NCBI GenBank assembly: GCA_040954595.2
Contig: CM082592.2
Coordinates: 6,004,308 to 6,068,307, forward strand
DNA: 64,000 bases
Source: Balanoglossus misakiensis
Taxonomy: Eukaryota > Animalia > Hemichordata
Direction of reading: 5' to 3'
The position numbers were made by a program, and so were the translations under genes. Shown piece after piece: positions 1 to 14,900 of the stretch. The notes under the pieces were generated by a model, which was given only the letters and a program-made list of their open reading frames with translations, had not been told where the DNA came from and ran no database searches. The stretch's first letter is position 1; every line of letters starts with the position of its first letter.

Positions 1-293
1 CAAACAACAGAGGCAAAGTGTCAGGACTATTTGTAAGAAACTCAGTACAGAGTTCGACTATAGGCGTTTTACAGGAATGATTTGAGGACAGCCGGGTCAA
101 CACTCGGTTGTTCCAATCAAAATAGTTTTCCACTTTCGTTGGTTTTTCTTACTTTTAACTTCTTGTATTACAATGTAAGGCCTCTCGTGTGACAACTACT
201 GAGGACAGTTGCAAATTAGCCGTAAGCTATCAAAGTTTGATGCTTTTCAGGTATCATGAGTAGGAGGGACAGATTTATACACAAAATGATGAC

Positions 294-327
294 CCCCCCC
301 CCCCCCACACACACACACCACACACAC
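294..327. repeat. poly-C plus (CA)n microsatellite
   Basis: Direct reading. Confidence 0.85.
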
Positions 328-2963
328 CATAGTTCCGCAGTATACTAGTAGCTAGGACTGAACAAATCACACACACGCACACCAGTTTTTAAAACTTTCA
401 TGACTTTTATTAATTTCCATGGGACATTATTTACAAGGTCTACAAGGCATGTTCTTCAGGTGGGCTAAAGCTAATTTTCTCAACTCACAACTTTCATTTA
501 AACACTTGAGAGCACGCCAAGGTTTCTTTGTTCAGAAAACACAATGCACCAGACAATTGTACACGAGTTGCAAGAGTGAAAATGTACAGCAGCGCCCTCT
601 ATAGCGGAAACCGTTTTCCCTGAGGGCGAAATTCATCGATGTCGCATTCTTCTACAGTTCAGCTGTATTTTACAAATATTTTGATTCAAAATCCACATTT
701 TAGAAGCAGGTAATTACTATAACTACTTTGTCTGCACAGGGAATAAGTGTAACCCCAGCACGCCTGAGCTGGGACCCTAATTTCTGTACGTAAACTTCAC
801 ATGTGCGCTCCATCATTCTTGTAATGGAGTTGCGTGCATGCGCGCACGTGTCTTTCACAGAAATAATAACATTCGATGTAACTTTTTTTCACGCTAACAG
901 ATATGGCCATGTGACCGACCCAGTGTGATGGAATCTAGTCACAAAAAACAACCAAGTTTTAAAAATTGGAGTCTGTCTATATGCAGGTGAGCATAGAACT
1001 TGAATGCCTGTGCTGTTTTCCCTGAAGAGCCTGTTCGTTCTCTGAGCATTTCAAACATGTGCTGAGCAAGAATATTTTGTGTACATCATTCGATTACTGG
1101 GGGCTGTACTTAGCAATGGTCTAACTCTACTTTCTATATTTCTGGGTGACTTGTAACAGCATGAATCTGACATACTCATCATGTCCATAAACTCTGTTAT
1201 GTCCCCCAAATAAGCACCATTGCTTGATAACCCATAGAGCTACAACCTATATGTTAAATGTGATAGGCAAAGTGCTTCTTACCCTTCCTTTCAACACGAA
1301 ACTTTGGCCCGGCCCCCTATGTTTTTCATGGTATTGATGGACTGGACTAAAAGGACGTGGGGGTGACAGCTGTCATATTCTGTAAGATCAGTCCATTTGT
1401 ATTTTTTTTAGTAATAAAACATTTCAGAGCTGTGAGCCATCAATGGGGAACTTGACAATGCGAACGTACGTGTCACATAAACAACACAAAAGCTGGCATA
1501 CAGGAATTACTCGAAAACTGAGTCCGAACGCTTTAAACACTGAACCAAAACCAGGAACGCTGCCTATTATTGATTAATTTCCACAGAATGAGCTACATAC
1601 GTCCAGTCCAGGTTTAATTAATACATAACTTTATGTACAGTTTTAAGGTACTTCCTACTTTTAGATTTCTTGTTCATAATCATTTTTACAGTTGAGTTCG
1701 ATTTCTTTCAATAATTATAACCATACAAACACTTTCAACAGATAGTTTTGCATCTCAGACACACATTTCCTCTGTTTACAGGAAGACTCACTCACCACAC
1801 CCCTTGTAAATATATTCACAAAAAATGTTGTGCTTTTAGTTTCAAAAATATTTACACCCACTGCAGGTTCATCAAAACTGCACAAAAAATAATAATCTGA
1901 AGGTAATAATTGCACATTTTTCTGCCAAGTTAGGATTATTTTCTTAAGCCCCAGTAGCTGCCAGTTTTTGAATTATGTTCATGGGTGTACACAATCATTT
2001 TGTCAACCTCTGATTGTAGCTGTATATTAAATAATAAATGGGTGCCACACCTGTTTATTCAACTGCCCATTTCAAGAGTAAACAACTACCGTAGCATGTG
2101 CGCATGGGTATTAAAATCCCCACAAAGTCAAAATAGTGTCATCTGTCGACTAAGGACAAGGTGAAGATTGGAGTATTTCATCAATTAAACATATGGTAAA
2201 AATGGCAGCTATTGGGGCTTTAAGCCAAGCTATGTGATTGTGTCATTATGTTGAATACACACACAAAAAAGGCTGTACCTGTTTCTTCAGGATTTTTTTC
2301 GGCCAAGGAACATATCAAAGGATATACTATTTTTGTCACTAGTTAATTTTTGACAAAGAATTCTGTATTTTTGAGTGAAAAGCTAGGTCGTTCTGTATGC
2401 TACAGTCACCATATCCAACTTACTATTTAGCATTAGAGTTGTTTTCTTGCAAAGGTGGTATTAAATTGTAACCCAGCTTGTATACAATTTCTCTAGTAAG
2501 TAATACTCAAACTCAGCCTTTTTGATTCAGAGCAGGACTGTAAACAAACATTAAAATGCAAAATAAACATGTCTGTTTCTTGTATTAAAGCCAATGACAT
2601 GTCACCTTTTATAAATCTGAATATTATCAGCAAGGAATTTATACACTCTCAAAACATTTTTTATTTACGAACATAAATGTACACTTTGTAAGCTGTCGTC
2701 AGTGACAATGCTGTGTTGGATAATTCAGTGTAGTCTTTATAGCTTGCAAACCAATTTAGGTGGATTTTCTGTATTCATTTTGCAACTCCTGAAATAAACG
2801 TTTTAGCTAATTTGAACACTATACATTTAAACAATATTTATATTTACATGCAAACATAAATAAGCATTGTCGGCAGATACCAAGTGATGCTTTTTTTTGA
2901 AAAAAAAAATTCCTTACAAAATGTTGCCAATTTTTAAGTACTGTAAACACATACACATGACAT

Positions 2964-5900
2964 TTACACAGATATTTCGTAAGGGCCGTCGTATTGTTTG
3001 TTGTTTTCGTTGGGTGATGTTGTTGTCTGGTTTCGAACTGGAGTTGCTGAGTGTGTGTTGCTGTTGTTGCTGGTGCTGTACCTACCGCCGCCACCAGTAG
3101 TTCCGCCGCGCCCCGCGCTGCCCGAACCACCCTTCGTCTGTTTGCTCCTCATGTTCGACGCCTCCTCGCTCATTTCCAGAGCGGTTATGAACGAGATCGG
3201 CCGCCTGATCCTGCTCGGATCGTAGCCGGAAGTCCGCGAGCCGGTGGACGCGACGCTCGTCTGCGAGGGCTGCCGGGGAAACCCCGACGACGGCGTCGTC
3301 GGCGACGACGGTGACAAGAAGGCGCCCCCGGCCCCGGCGGGGCTGTTTGGCGACACGGGCGTGCTCAACTGTTCGGACGACGTCGTGGAATGCTTTTTGA
3401 CCACCACCGTGTTGGGTCGGTGGTTCAGCGAGTCGCTGCTCCGGCTGAATCGGGAGTCCTCCCTGGAGGGCAGCCGCCGGTCGTGGTGGTGGTGGTCCCG
3501 CCGTGAACTGGGACTCTGCAAAATATCAGAGGCACTTGAGTAGCCCTGGTGGACATTGCATTTGGCTGCGGGGGAGGCAGCCGCCGACATGTGCACACTG
3601 TCGGACTTGGAGCGCGCCATTTGTTGGCGCATCCTGCCAATGTCCTCTGGAGGAGAGTCTTTAGGCATGAGAGGTGGGGTGGCTTCACAGTCCTGTCCCT
3701 GACTTTCGTTGCTGCTAGACTCGCTCGTTGCTGAGTATCTGTTAATTGTGGAGCCTGCGTGATTCCTGTCAGGCTGTAGGGGAAGTTAGGACAGAAGAGA
3801 GAGAGAGAGAAAAATACTTGGAGGTGAGGGCACAGGCAAAAGCATGCACAATGTTAACAGTCGCAGCTCCATGCATTCAGATGTCCATATTCAAACATGC
3901 TGGTGATTTATTTATTTGGCAAGACAAGCACCTACTGTTGCATATTCAGCCGAGTTGTTACACACTGATGTAAATACAGTTACATGTATCTTTCAAAATC
4001 ATGCTCGCAATTTAATATTGAGTAGAAAGCACAATACATATTATTTGGTGTAAATACAACGTACTACCCTAATTATAATTAACACACAGATTTTTAGTCC
4101 ATGCCACAATTTCATGGGTAGACACAGGAATATGTAATCTGTTATAATACTGCAGTAGCACAGGCAGGGGACAAGAATGTTAGCTTCAGCAACAGCTGTT
4201 TTTGGTTCACAAAAGTTTCCTTCATAGAAATTTTATTTTGCCTGGTACAGTACAGATTTGCTCTGATAGTTACTTTGATGCTCAGTTGGTAGTCAAAAGT
4301 GATTGCTCAAATTTTATAAATAACTTTCAAGGCAATCTTTAAGCCATAACCACCATAATGTGTAGCTGTTGCCCCCAAAACAAACAGCCAAAAGAACCCA
4401 TGCCCCGATATGGGAGAGATGTTCTACAGAGGACAGGAGAAATATAATTTCTGGGTTCTTGATATAGATGGGTTTTTAGAGATCTAAATGTACACATGAG
4501 GGATAATTCAGAAATGAACATGATGGATAGTGCTAAATATAGTAATGTCACAGGAGACCATGATCTGATTTCTGAGTGAGACAAAAAACATAACACATAC
4601 CACTGAGCCAATTACCTGATAATCATTTCTAGGTCTCGGTGGCATGCCATTTCCCTCGATTCTAAGATGAACTTGACTATCAGATAACGGAGTAGGTCTA
4701 TATTCCGCCTTCATAGACAGCGTCCTGTGTTTCTTCTTAACATGACCTGTATAGCTGGAAACAAACCAAGGAGGAGATTATCATACACTTTTGTTCAACT
4801 TGTCCCGTGAATCCATGATTAATGGCTACATCTGTGGGTGTAATCCAAGCACTGACAATCCTGTTTTTTTTTGTGTGAAACGATTTCTGGTTTCCAACTG
4901 TGTCCAGAATATTGGCCTCACTGTCTACAGTGTAAATATCTTACCTAGGATACTGTGAACTGCACAGTGTACTAGTAAAATTTTTGAAGCACCCTTTGGT
5001 AAATGGATTGTGACCGCTGTGAAATTTACCGGTTACCTGTAACAGACAACACACAGAGGTGACATTGGGTGAAAAAATGATAAACTGACTATGTACCAAG
5101 CATAACAAAGTCAGACTGGGAACCTTTTTCCTGTTCTTTCAGAGTGTTTCCTGTAGACATTATGAGCAAGTAGCTTTGTTTGCTAGCTGGGTGTAAAAAG
5201 TTGTAACAGGCAGATGGTGGTGTGGGCGGGTGTACATGTGTGTATAAGTACATGTATGAGTGGGCCAGCCTGAACTTGTCATTTGTACCTAAAGCAATCT
5301 ATTCACCAATCCATAAACTGTAAACCATGTCAGCCAAAACGAACTTAAAATTCCAAAACAGACATACCTGCTCATTGGTTGTTCTTCCTCTAGACACTAA
5401 GACCATATGAAAACTTGCAAGGCCTACCACTGGTACGGCACATAAACCTATTATGACCATATTCACTATACTGAACAAGTTGAACCAGTTAAGGATGTAC
5501 GATCAGTAAAATTGAAAGTATTGTCATTTCTGGATTTTTTTAGATTCTCCTTTGTATTTTTAGCATAATGAAAATCCATCATAAAAAATAGCGGTCACTG
5601 CATTTGTTTTTAAAATACAAGGCCGTGAATTATACCCATTTTTTCAAAGGATACCTTACAATAATTTCGGCTGTCATCTTACTTTTGTTTTCTAGTACAT
5701 ACACAAGGGTAAATGCAAAGACTGAAAATATATGCAATGTCAGCGATAACAGAAACTGGAAAAAATATCTGTAGTTTCTCTTGCCAACACAGTTGTTGAC
5801 CCACGGACAATGGTGGTCAAATTTCTGCAAGATAAAAAAAATAACAGAAAAGTAAGAAAGATGTTACAAAGGAATGATTATCATCTTTAATTACGTTAAC

Positions 5901-8900
5901 TGTGAGTCTCTTTTGGAATGTGGAACTGACAATACTTGATATAAAATGCATGACAGGACTTGTATTCGATACACCTACTAAAACTTCTGATTTTTATAGC
6001 ACCTTGTAAGAAATTGTAACTTGTCAGGCCAGTTATATGCTAATAAAGAGTAATAATTCACAGTCTGTCACAGTACACCATCATCACAAAAATACCTCAC
6101 CTGGGGTAATATGTGCTCTCTGACATAAAAATATGATTTTGAGAACTTTTGGGTCAATTTGATGAATTGTCAAAAAATATAATAGACTAATAACTACTCC
6201 CAGCATTGCTTACCTCTATACAATTGTTACAAACACTACAATGTGAACATCTGGGCGGTCTATAAAAATTGCATGTGGTGCACCATTTCATTCGGACCTG
6301 GATACCCTGAATTTCTACGGTTTTATAAAGAGGCGCTTTGAAGTCATCGTCTTTGTCTTCATCTCCCGGTGCTATAAAAGAACAAGAGTGAGAAGATGGT
6401 CAACAAAATTGTGAAGTAGCGACCACTAACTTTGTCCGCGGTCACCCCTTGACTTTTCAATCTTCTAGCAAATTGATTACCGGTAGTATGCATTCGACGA
6501 TATCGCTAAATTGTACTATTACTCTGTGAAATTTAAATTGCAGCCATTTTTTTTCCTGGATAATTCCACATGATAATTAATATTTTATCACAGCACTGGT
6601 GAAAAACTAAAAATTTCAGGACTTGAATTTCATTTTTAAGGATTTTCCAAAAGTTACAAATTCCATGAAATCTCCAGGACATTCCAGGAGGCCCAATTGA
6701 TAGGTTCAAACTCATCTCTTGTCATAACCCCACAAGTGCTTAAATCAAGTCGAAGAGACATACTGAGTCATTCTGCACTGGAGCATGTCTTCCAACAGGC
6801 AATCATTTCCAAATTAGCCTTGCATTATGAACTGTGTCACGTGAAAAGTAGCCATATAATCCGCCGCATGGCTTTGACGGAACCGGCATGCGAATCAATC
6901 CGGTAATGGGGTCTAATTCACAACGACAAATTGGAAGGTGTAAAATCTACGAATAATTGGTTTCTCGGATAAGTCCTCTTTCTGCCTTCAGGAGTAATAA
7001 GATAGATGGCAGAGATCTCGGTAGCTGCATCTTCTCCTGTCCAGAAAACCGCTAATTTAAGCTTAGGCCATCGATTACCCCAATTGCATCTTCAGGATAC
7101 ATCGAAAATCTGTCATTATGGATGAGAGTAGTTTCCGGAACCGGTGAATTAATTCTCTCTACTAGAGCCATCGCTTGAGATTAGCCAGGATTAAACCATT
7201 TCAAGGAGGAATGGTGAGCACAAAAAAAACAAAAACATTCTCTACCTAGTCACTTCAGACAAATTCACGGAGTACCAAAAGAAAATGCTGCAATTATTTT
7301 ACAGTGGAAAACGTGAGTGTTTATTCACCCACAGTGATGTACCAGTAGCAGAGTTGTAGGGATGGTACATTTTGAATTTGTATCATGCCATATCCACTTT
7401 CTGCACTGTGATTGGTCAAACCATTGTCACCTGGGGTGACATTTGAGACAATACACAAACAGTAACTGAGTGTGTGTTATTCAGGTCACAGTTTCGGAAC
7501 TGCTACCCCCGTATACATGTACATGGAATACTTACATTTTGGGTAGACACCAGGATCCATGCAGGTTGCAAGGAGAAAGTTAGCCAGCACACATATTGTT
7601 AAAATACCTTCGTATATGGGAATAGCTATCGAGTATTGAACAGTAAGGTACACACACCTGAAAAGAGAAAAGAGATTAAAATATCGGTAGGTTTAGAAGC
7701 ACTTGCCCAAGTTGTCTTTTGACTGCTATAATGCCCTATATACAAATTAACAAAACATTGAGGCTTGGTCCGTACAGAAAACCTCAGGAATAGGCCCTTG
7801 TATATTAGCATCAACTCATTTCCTTGCAAATGCATGTGACACTTTCTATAAATTTCAGGCAAATCAGTGGAGGATAAGGTTCTGATCCTTAGAGCATTAC
7901 AGAGTATTACTTGAGCGTTGGTTAAAAGACAAGCCATCAGGCTGTATTGGATGAAACTTCCATCTGAAATGCTTATTTACCAATGTAGGGGTCATGTACT
8001 GTGCAGCTGTTGTTGTTGTATGGTCATTGGTGACTCTAGAAGTCAGAAATGTTTCGAGCTGTGTGATTCACGACTTTATTCCAGCAGAGCACAAAAGTCA
8101 AACACAGCATGTAAACACCAGTCGAGATTTACAATGTGCAGACATGTTACTTGCTTGAATCAGTATGATGAAATCATGGGTTGGCGTTGATGATGTAATG
8201 GTGTATGAAAGTGGTAGACTGTTGGCAGGGTCAAGATACAGATGCTATTTACTACATGTACAGGCAGCTGATGCTATGAACATGTGTTTAGTAATGCATA
8301 TTGTCACTTTGGCGAAATGCCTCGGGAGCTCTGATGTCTGACATTCACAACCAAACTGTTGTCAGTTATATCTCCAGACTTTTGTCCCAATGGTGGAAGT
8401 TTGGACGCTGAACTGACAAAGGTTGTGTTAGCCAAACTCCTGAAATTTCAAAGTTCACCATAAAAGGCCCCTTGTTGACCTTTTATCTACATGGAAATGC
8501 ATGTCAAATCAAGTTGCTTTGTTGAATGTATATTCTATCATATACAGTATATGCATCCACATGTATTGAACAATGATTGTGAACTGTGCATTGGATATAC
8601 ATGTAACAGGTTTACAATCAGGTATTTCTTGGCAGGGGTTTAGCTGTCTCTCCATAGGAACTGTTCATGTAAACCTGCAATAAGCTAGCAGCATGACCAT
8701 CCATGACATTAATATACATGTACATGTAAGCACTGAAATTAACACCCTGGGAATAGCTAGATCAGCATGTATACATGTACATTGTAATTACTGTAATATC
8801 GAGCCTGGACTCCTGTAATCATAATGTATATTTGGGCTAAAAATATATTAAATGATGAATCACATGTCACACAGGAATACATATAGCTAAATTACCGACT

Positions 8901-11900
8901 GTTATGCGGTTAACCATCAGTCTCAATATACAGTGTTTCCAATCCCCTAATGTATTCAACTGTCTGGGTTTTTTTCCCTGTCTTATACTCTACCATCAAT
9001 GCATATATACAAAAATAATGCGCAAGGCTATATCTGTAACATGACTATGATTCAGCTGGTGTACAATTTGAATTGCGGGGGCCTATGGCATGATAAGCAA
9101 ATTAGCAATGTGATGTACGGCTGCTGACCACACCCTCACATCTGTCAGACTGTGGGTAATGTACACATGTGGAAACTAACCAATTTTATTGACATCCAGA
9201 TATTACTACAGGCAACCATATGGTTGAAGTTTTCAGGGTTCAATAGACAAGCACGTACACATTTTACTTTTTTATTATTACAAAAACAGTACACAAGATG
9301 TCAAGTACCAGTAATTTGTCAATTAGTACAGTATTTAAATGCTGTCAATTGCAACAAAATGTTAAAATGTCATGACATTTACATCAAACGCTTAGTGATA
9401 TAGTTGCTATGCAGCAAAAATGTACTACATAAAACTAGTCCTAACATTTTCAATCGGCTCGCAACATATACATGTATAATTTTTGGCTATTTTAAAATTA
9501 TTTTTGTTCACTACAATAATAATTAAATGTAGAAATTGCAGTAGATACGTGACAATACCAAAAATACCACCCAAGGTTACAGGCTAATGGATCTGTAATG
9601 GTACAACTTTTTAATTACCAGTGCTGTACTGTTATGAAATCTCAGAAGGCATTTTTATGGTGAAAGTGGCTGTTTTCTCGACGATGTTTATGTTCATGTC
9701 GAGTGGGAGTTACAATATCTGCACATTCAGAGAAGCCTGGAGCTATATGTACATTTTACACTCAGAGCGAAGGCTTGACTTGTCAGGCAATTTGTATGCC
9801 CCGCTGGGCCTGGCCATGATTTCCAATTCACCCAAGTTCCCCTTTTTACAGTGTACACTGATAAGATTGAATGTGCTTAAATAAAATCCTGTGCTATTAA
9901 CCGTGAAATTCAAGCTATGAATACCAGTCACACAAGATTTTGAGTACCATAAAATAGAAATCGATCTTGGCAGTGCAGCGATTGTGATGAAAAAGCAGGG
10001 TTTTTTTTTAGATGCACAGAATTTCAACGTGAAAAGGAGCAGTTAGCCAACTCACTGAGTGAAATGGGTTTTCTTTTTGTAGTGGAATATTCCCACAGGT
10101 CTATTTAATGAATTGGTGTTATAGAACGATATGGATGCCTTTCATCAATATCATGTGAATGAAACATAACCACAACAAAACTGTAACCACACATCACCAT
10201 ACTGCACAACTGAAGAAAAAAATGTGTAATTGAATTTAAAACGTCAACACCTTCATGCAGTAATTTGTTTTACACAGGGGTACCGTACATTAAACGCTGT
10301 ATAAAATCAAATTACTGTTCAACCACAAGCAGGCAGTGTTGATAATTTGATTGTATACTGGCAGTATCATTTAACATTGACCACAGCTATCTCTTTCAGT
10401 GTACATCTCAACTACTTCGTTCTGCCTTGTCTACAGGTTAGCACGGAAGAGTTGGGCGAATTCCTGATGTGGTGTCGGTCTACCAAAGAACTCTTAGGCA
10501 TTGTACAGTACTATAATGTAAGTGAATAACGAATGGCCACCTGACCAATTCTAAGGCAGGGAGGCGATATTTGACGATTCTGTTAAAATAGGCAATTAAT
10601 AATAATGTTGTGACATAAAGCGTCTTTATACTGCAAACTGAGACCCAAGGATGGAACATTCAGTTCATATTGAACACCTATTGCCTGGCCATGAGGGCCA
10701 TAGCGGCCGTTTATTACACCCGAGGGGCTGTGAGTTACCAGAATCATATGCTATTTCCCGAGGCCGCAGGCCGAGGGAAATAGCATATGATTCTGGTAAC
10801 TCACAGTCACGAGGGGGGTAGTAAACGGCTGCTATGGCCCGAATATAGGCCAGGCTATAGGTGTTTTATAATAAACCTCATGCTAACAGCTGGGAAAATC
10901 TTGCAATTTTCTCTTGAGGCTGGCAGACGACATCTTCAGCGGTGGCCATTGTGTCAGACGACGCGACGCTGATTGACGTGACCACGTTGGTCACGTGACC
11001 GGTTTATATTTTTTCTGCTATTTCCCTACCGGTTCATAGTCGATTCTATTTTCCTATCACGTGACGGATTCTGGCGAATCACGGCACAGTATCAGCATGA
11101 GGTATATTATAAATGCACATGGCAAATGATGTTATGCGTACATGCACCCACGTCAAAACACTTCGGCGCAAACACCCCATGAAATCTTGCATCTTGGAGA
11201 AGACCTGAAAACACCCAATATTTCTCAGAATAGATTAACAAAAATACAAGTATCACCATCAAACAGGTCAATTTTCCATCGACATCGCTTTTTTAAACGC
11301 ACGCGTATCGAAGACAGCACAGTTGGTTCCAATTACTGTTTCTTAGGAAAGGCGCTGTCAGCCTCGGGGCTTGACTGCAAGTAGCTGCAGGACGTAATGC
11401 ACACACCTCAGCACAAGACACCGGCTCTAACCTGTGATTTGATAGCGCAGGAATTGATGAGTGCAGCTGAACAGGCTCCACTTGGAGTTTTTGTTCACTA
11501 GAAAACAACTCTCAAGTCAGTGGGAAGTCGCCCATTAGAGAGTTGCACAGGAACTCGACAGACCTTTCGGAAAAAGGTCACGCAACAAGAACCCTAATGG
11601 AAGTGGTGGTATTGCCCTACACACAGATAACTGAAACAACGATATCTCTTCGTTCTGATGGTACACGTCTCGGTTTAATGAGGCCGATGGATTAGGGAAA
11701 ATATATGGCTCGCTTCGCTATGATTAATTTTCCCAATCTGATCGGTAAAAACAAAAAAAGTAAGAATATATGATTCAATTAAAATAAGGTCGCCCCATGT
11801 CATTGCATTACACATTAAACATTTCAATTAATAGTCAGTGCTTTCTGAAGACCGGGCTCTTCTTTCTCAAATGCAAATACTTCAATTTGAACCCGCTGAC

Positions 11901-14900
11901 CTCAATTATTGTGAACCAGATCTTTTTTATAAAAAATTTAATTCCAGGGAAGATTTCATGCATTGATGATTAAGACTATAAGAGAGTATGTGTGTGTGCA
12001 CATCAGATTGGATTGAAACATGTTTCTTTGTATCAGAGTTGTAATACAGCACAATCAATTGAGGATGTTGCGGCCCACAGATTTCTTGCATGTTTTAAAA
12101 TTACTCTCGCTTTACACATACATGTCACCATTCCTGTATCCCAATATCTTTACATATTGAAATTCAGGGGATGCATTACATATGAAAGAGGATACACACA
12201 CACACAGCTTATCTTCAAGCATGAAAAGATGAGAATGAGCATAACTACGAAAATATGCGATTACTGAGGCTGTAAAAAGATGCAGCCACAAGGCTTGGAA
12301 TATCCACATAAATAACGACAAGTTCATTCAGCACACCAAGACATTTACATGTTTGCTGAGGTAATGAAACAAGGCTTGGTATGATAAATCACAATCTCCT
12401 CTTGACAGCTTGATTCATGGAAGCAGGTATCCGTGAATCGTGCTGGGAATGGAGAATCTTGACACATTTTATTGGTTCTCATGTGTCTGCTGACATTACA
12501 CCCAGCCGCACACAACATTCTGATGGGTGCGTTGCATATGTCGAGAATACTACACAGCAAAAGGAAAAGCTGAAACAAATCACAAGCTGTGGGCGAGAAA
12601 ATCGCTGACTCTGAATAATACAAATAATGAAATATGTACAAAATTTCAGACAAAATTGGGTAATTATTCAAAATCTAGCATGGCCAAATTATTAACACAC
12701 AAAAACCATTCAAGGGTTTAATAGGAAGATCACTTAGATATCAAAACACTTACAACGACTGCACAATCACAGGTGAATTGCTAGGAGGTTCACTCTGGTC
12801 AGAAATCAAGGCTTTACCTGATATGTCTACTTCTACAGAAGATTATCATCACAGCTAGAGTAGCAGTGAGATGAGAATGCACTTTATATAGAGTGATGCT
12901 GAAAGACTTTTTATCTGTTCTGCCTGATATCGTTTTTTTTCCCTTTCTTTTGTCATTCACACCATGGCCTAAAGCATCTTTGTTTTGTTATTCACATAAT
13001 TAACTGTGGCATGCGAGTTATATTTATCCCAACGTCCACCAGAAAACAATACAGGAAAACCCTCATGGCATTGTGGCTGATTTGCAAGGCTTCTGTTGCA
13101 CAACCTTATCTACATACATGTTACACCATGAAACAGTAACTGCAGAGAGCGAGTCAGGATTGCCTCCCATATCATGTATATTGATACATGTTTTGCAGGT
13201 ACACATGCAAGTGTCACCAATCCATTCAGCAAGGCCTACACAACTGTGAAAACAGTGACAAACTCAGAATATTTGAGCATTATGTCTTCTTACACATCTT
13301 TCTGCTCAAATCAACTTCATTCACCTGTAATGCATTCTGCTGTCTGCCATGAGGTGTTCCTCTGACACAAAAAACACCTAACTTCCAATCATAGGCATCA
13401 CCCTACCTACTACATGTAGGATGGCAACACTCTATGGCCCATTATTTTAATTCAATCTGATGTTGACTCATCCTAAACTCATATCATCCAGACATCTTCT
13501 CTTTCGTGTGCACATCTTCTGAATTCTACTCGAGACAACCTGTCCGACATGCACTGTAGCACTTCGTGACCAAACTCTCCCCTTTTCTATCCAATGCATG
13601 CACAAGTAAGTGTGTGTGTTCAACAAAGCGTGTCACTTGAGATGTTGAAAGTTGCCTTGAAGAGTGAGTAAATATCTCTTCTCGGACAAAACCGGCGAGA
13701 AGAAGTTTACATTAGGATGCTGACTTCTTCACGGCCGACTGAGTAGGCTTTGGCAACTGTTCAAGTTATGTCACACTCTTTGTAGAAGAAAAATGCATTG
13801 ATCACAACGTAACCTGGCTTTTGACCACGCTAAAATGGTTCCCTGTATTCATTTTCATACATGGATTCAAACATGTACCTTACTGACACTCGCCATATTT
13901 CTAGTTGTACATTACATATTTTTACTGATTTAGCTTATTTACAAAACACTTCATAACAGTTTTTGATCTCTGTTATGTTATACTAGATTTATCTATGTAC
14001 ATGATTCAAGAGTGCATGTTAGCAGCAAGTGACAATTCATTTCACTGATGTACATACATGCCATTCTGAGTAAAATACTAGGTGAACCTAGCCTAGTCTC
14101 CATACCAAGTGTGTATGGAGACCAGGCTAAGGTGAACCCATCACAAGGGATGTACATGTAGCTGGGTTCATCACAAAAACAATTTATGATCATACAGAGT
14201 GCATATTTTGTACATCAGCCAGGGGTTTTGGGTTACTCAAGTTACACGCACGGATCAATCATTACAGATGGGAATTTTGCGAACATTATGGTGTAGGTTT
14301 CATCTGTGATCAAAACAACACTACAATTTTTACTGTTTTTTTTTCCCCTGCCAGGAACGGATGAGTTGTCTGGCAGATGCAAAATCTAGGGTCCTGACAG
14401 TTGGTGAGAACACCACGGCAGAAATCTCAATACCTGATCTTGCTGGCTATAAGCAATGGACTTGGCAGACAATCACACTATGAAACAGTGGCTTTATTTC
14501 CTGTATGTACATGTATGTGACCGCAGTTGCAATTATGCATTGTAAATACTCTAATGGAAAAAGCTTACCAGATAGATTACTAAATATATCGTGCATATCC
14601 CTGTGCAAACATCATGTAAAGACAGCTTGTCATGAAACTTGTGCTGTTTTAGCTTTTTATAGGCTCATGCCTGGGGCAGCTTTCTGCCCATCTGCCCATT
14701 TCTGGAACAGCGGTTGGTGTCAATGCAGGAGTACTCTACATTAGCAAACTGAAATTGCTTGGTTAGCAACAGTATAGTCTCAGACAGACAGGAGAGAATG
14801 CCAACAGAATTAACAAAGTATGAAAATATGAAAAATTTATGCCCAGGGACGCAATACTGTATGTACAATACAGCCATTTAGCAATGTACATTTTCTGTAC

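Noticed and set aside
6560-7200. Possible decayed DNA-transposon fragments in ZDHHC intron 2 (similar signal at ~11160-11800)
   Set aside because: Composition is repeat-like, but no matching termini or TSD could be identified by eye.
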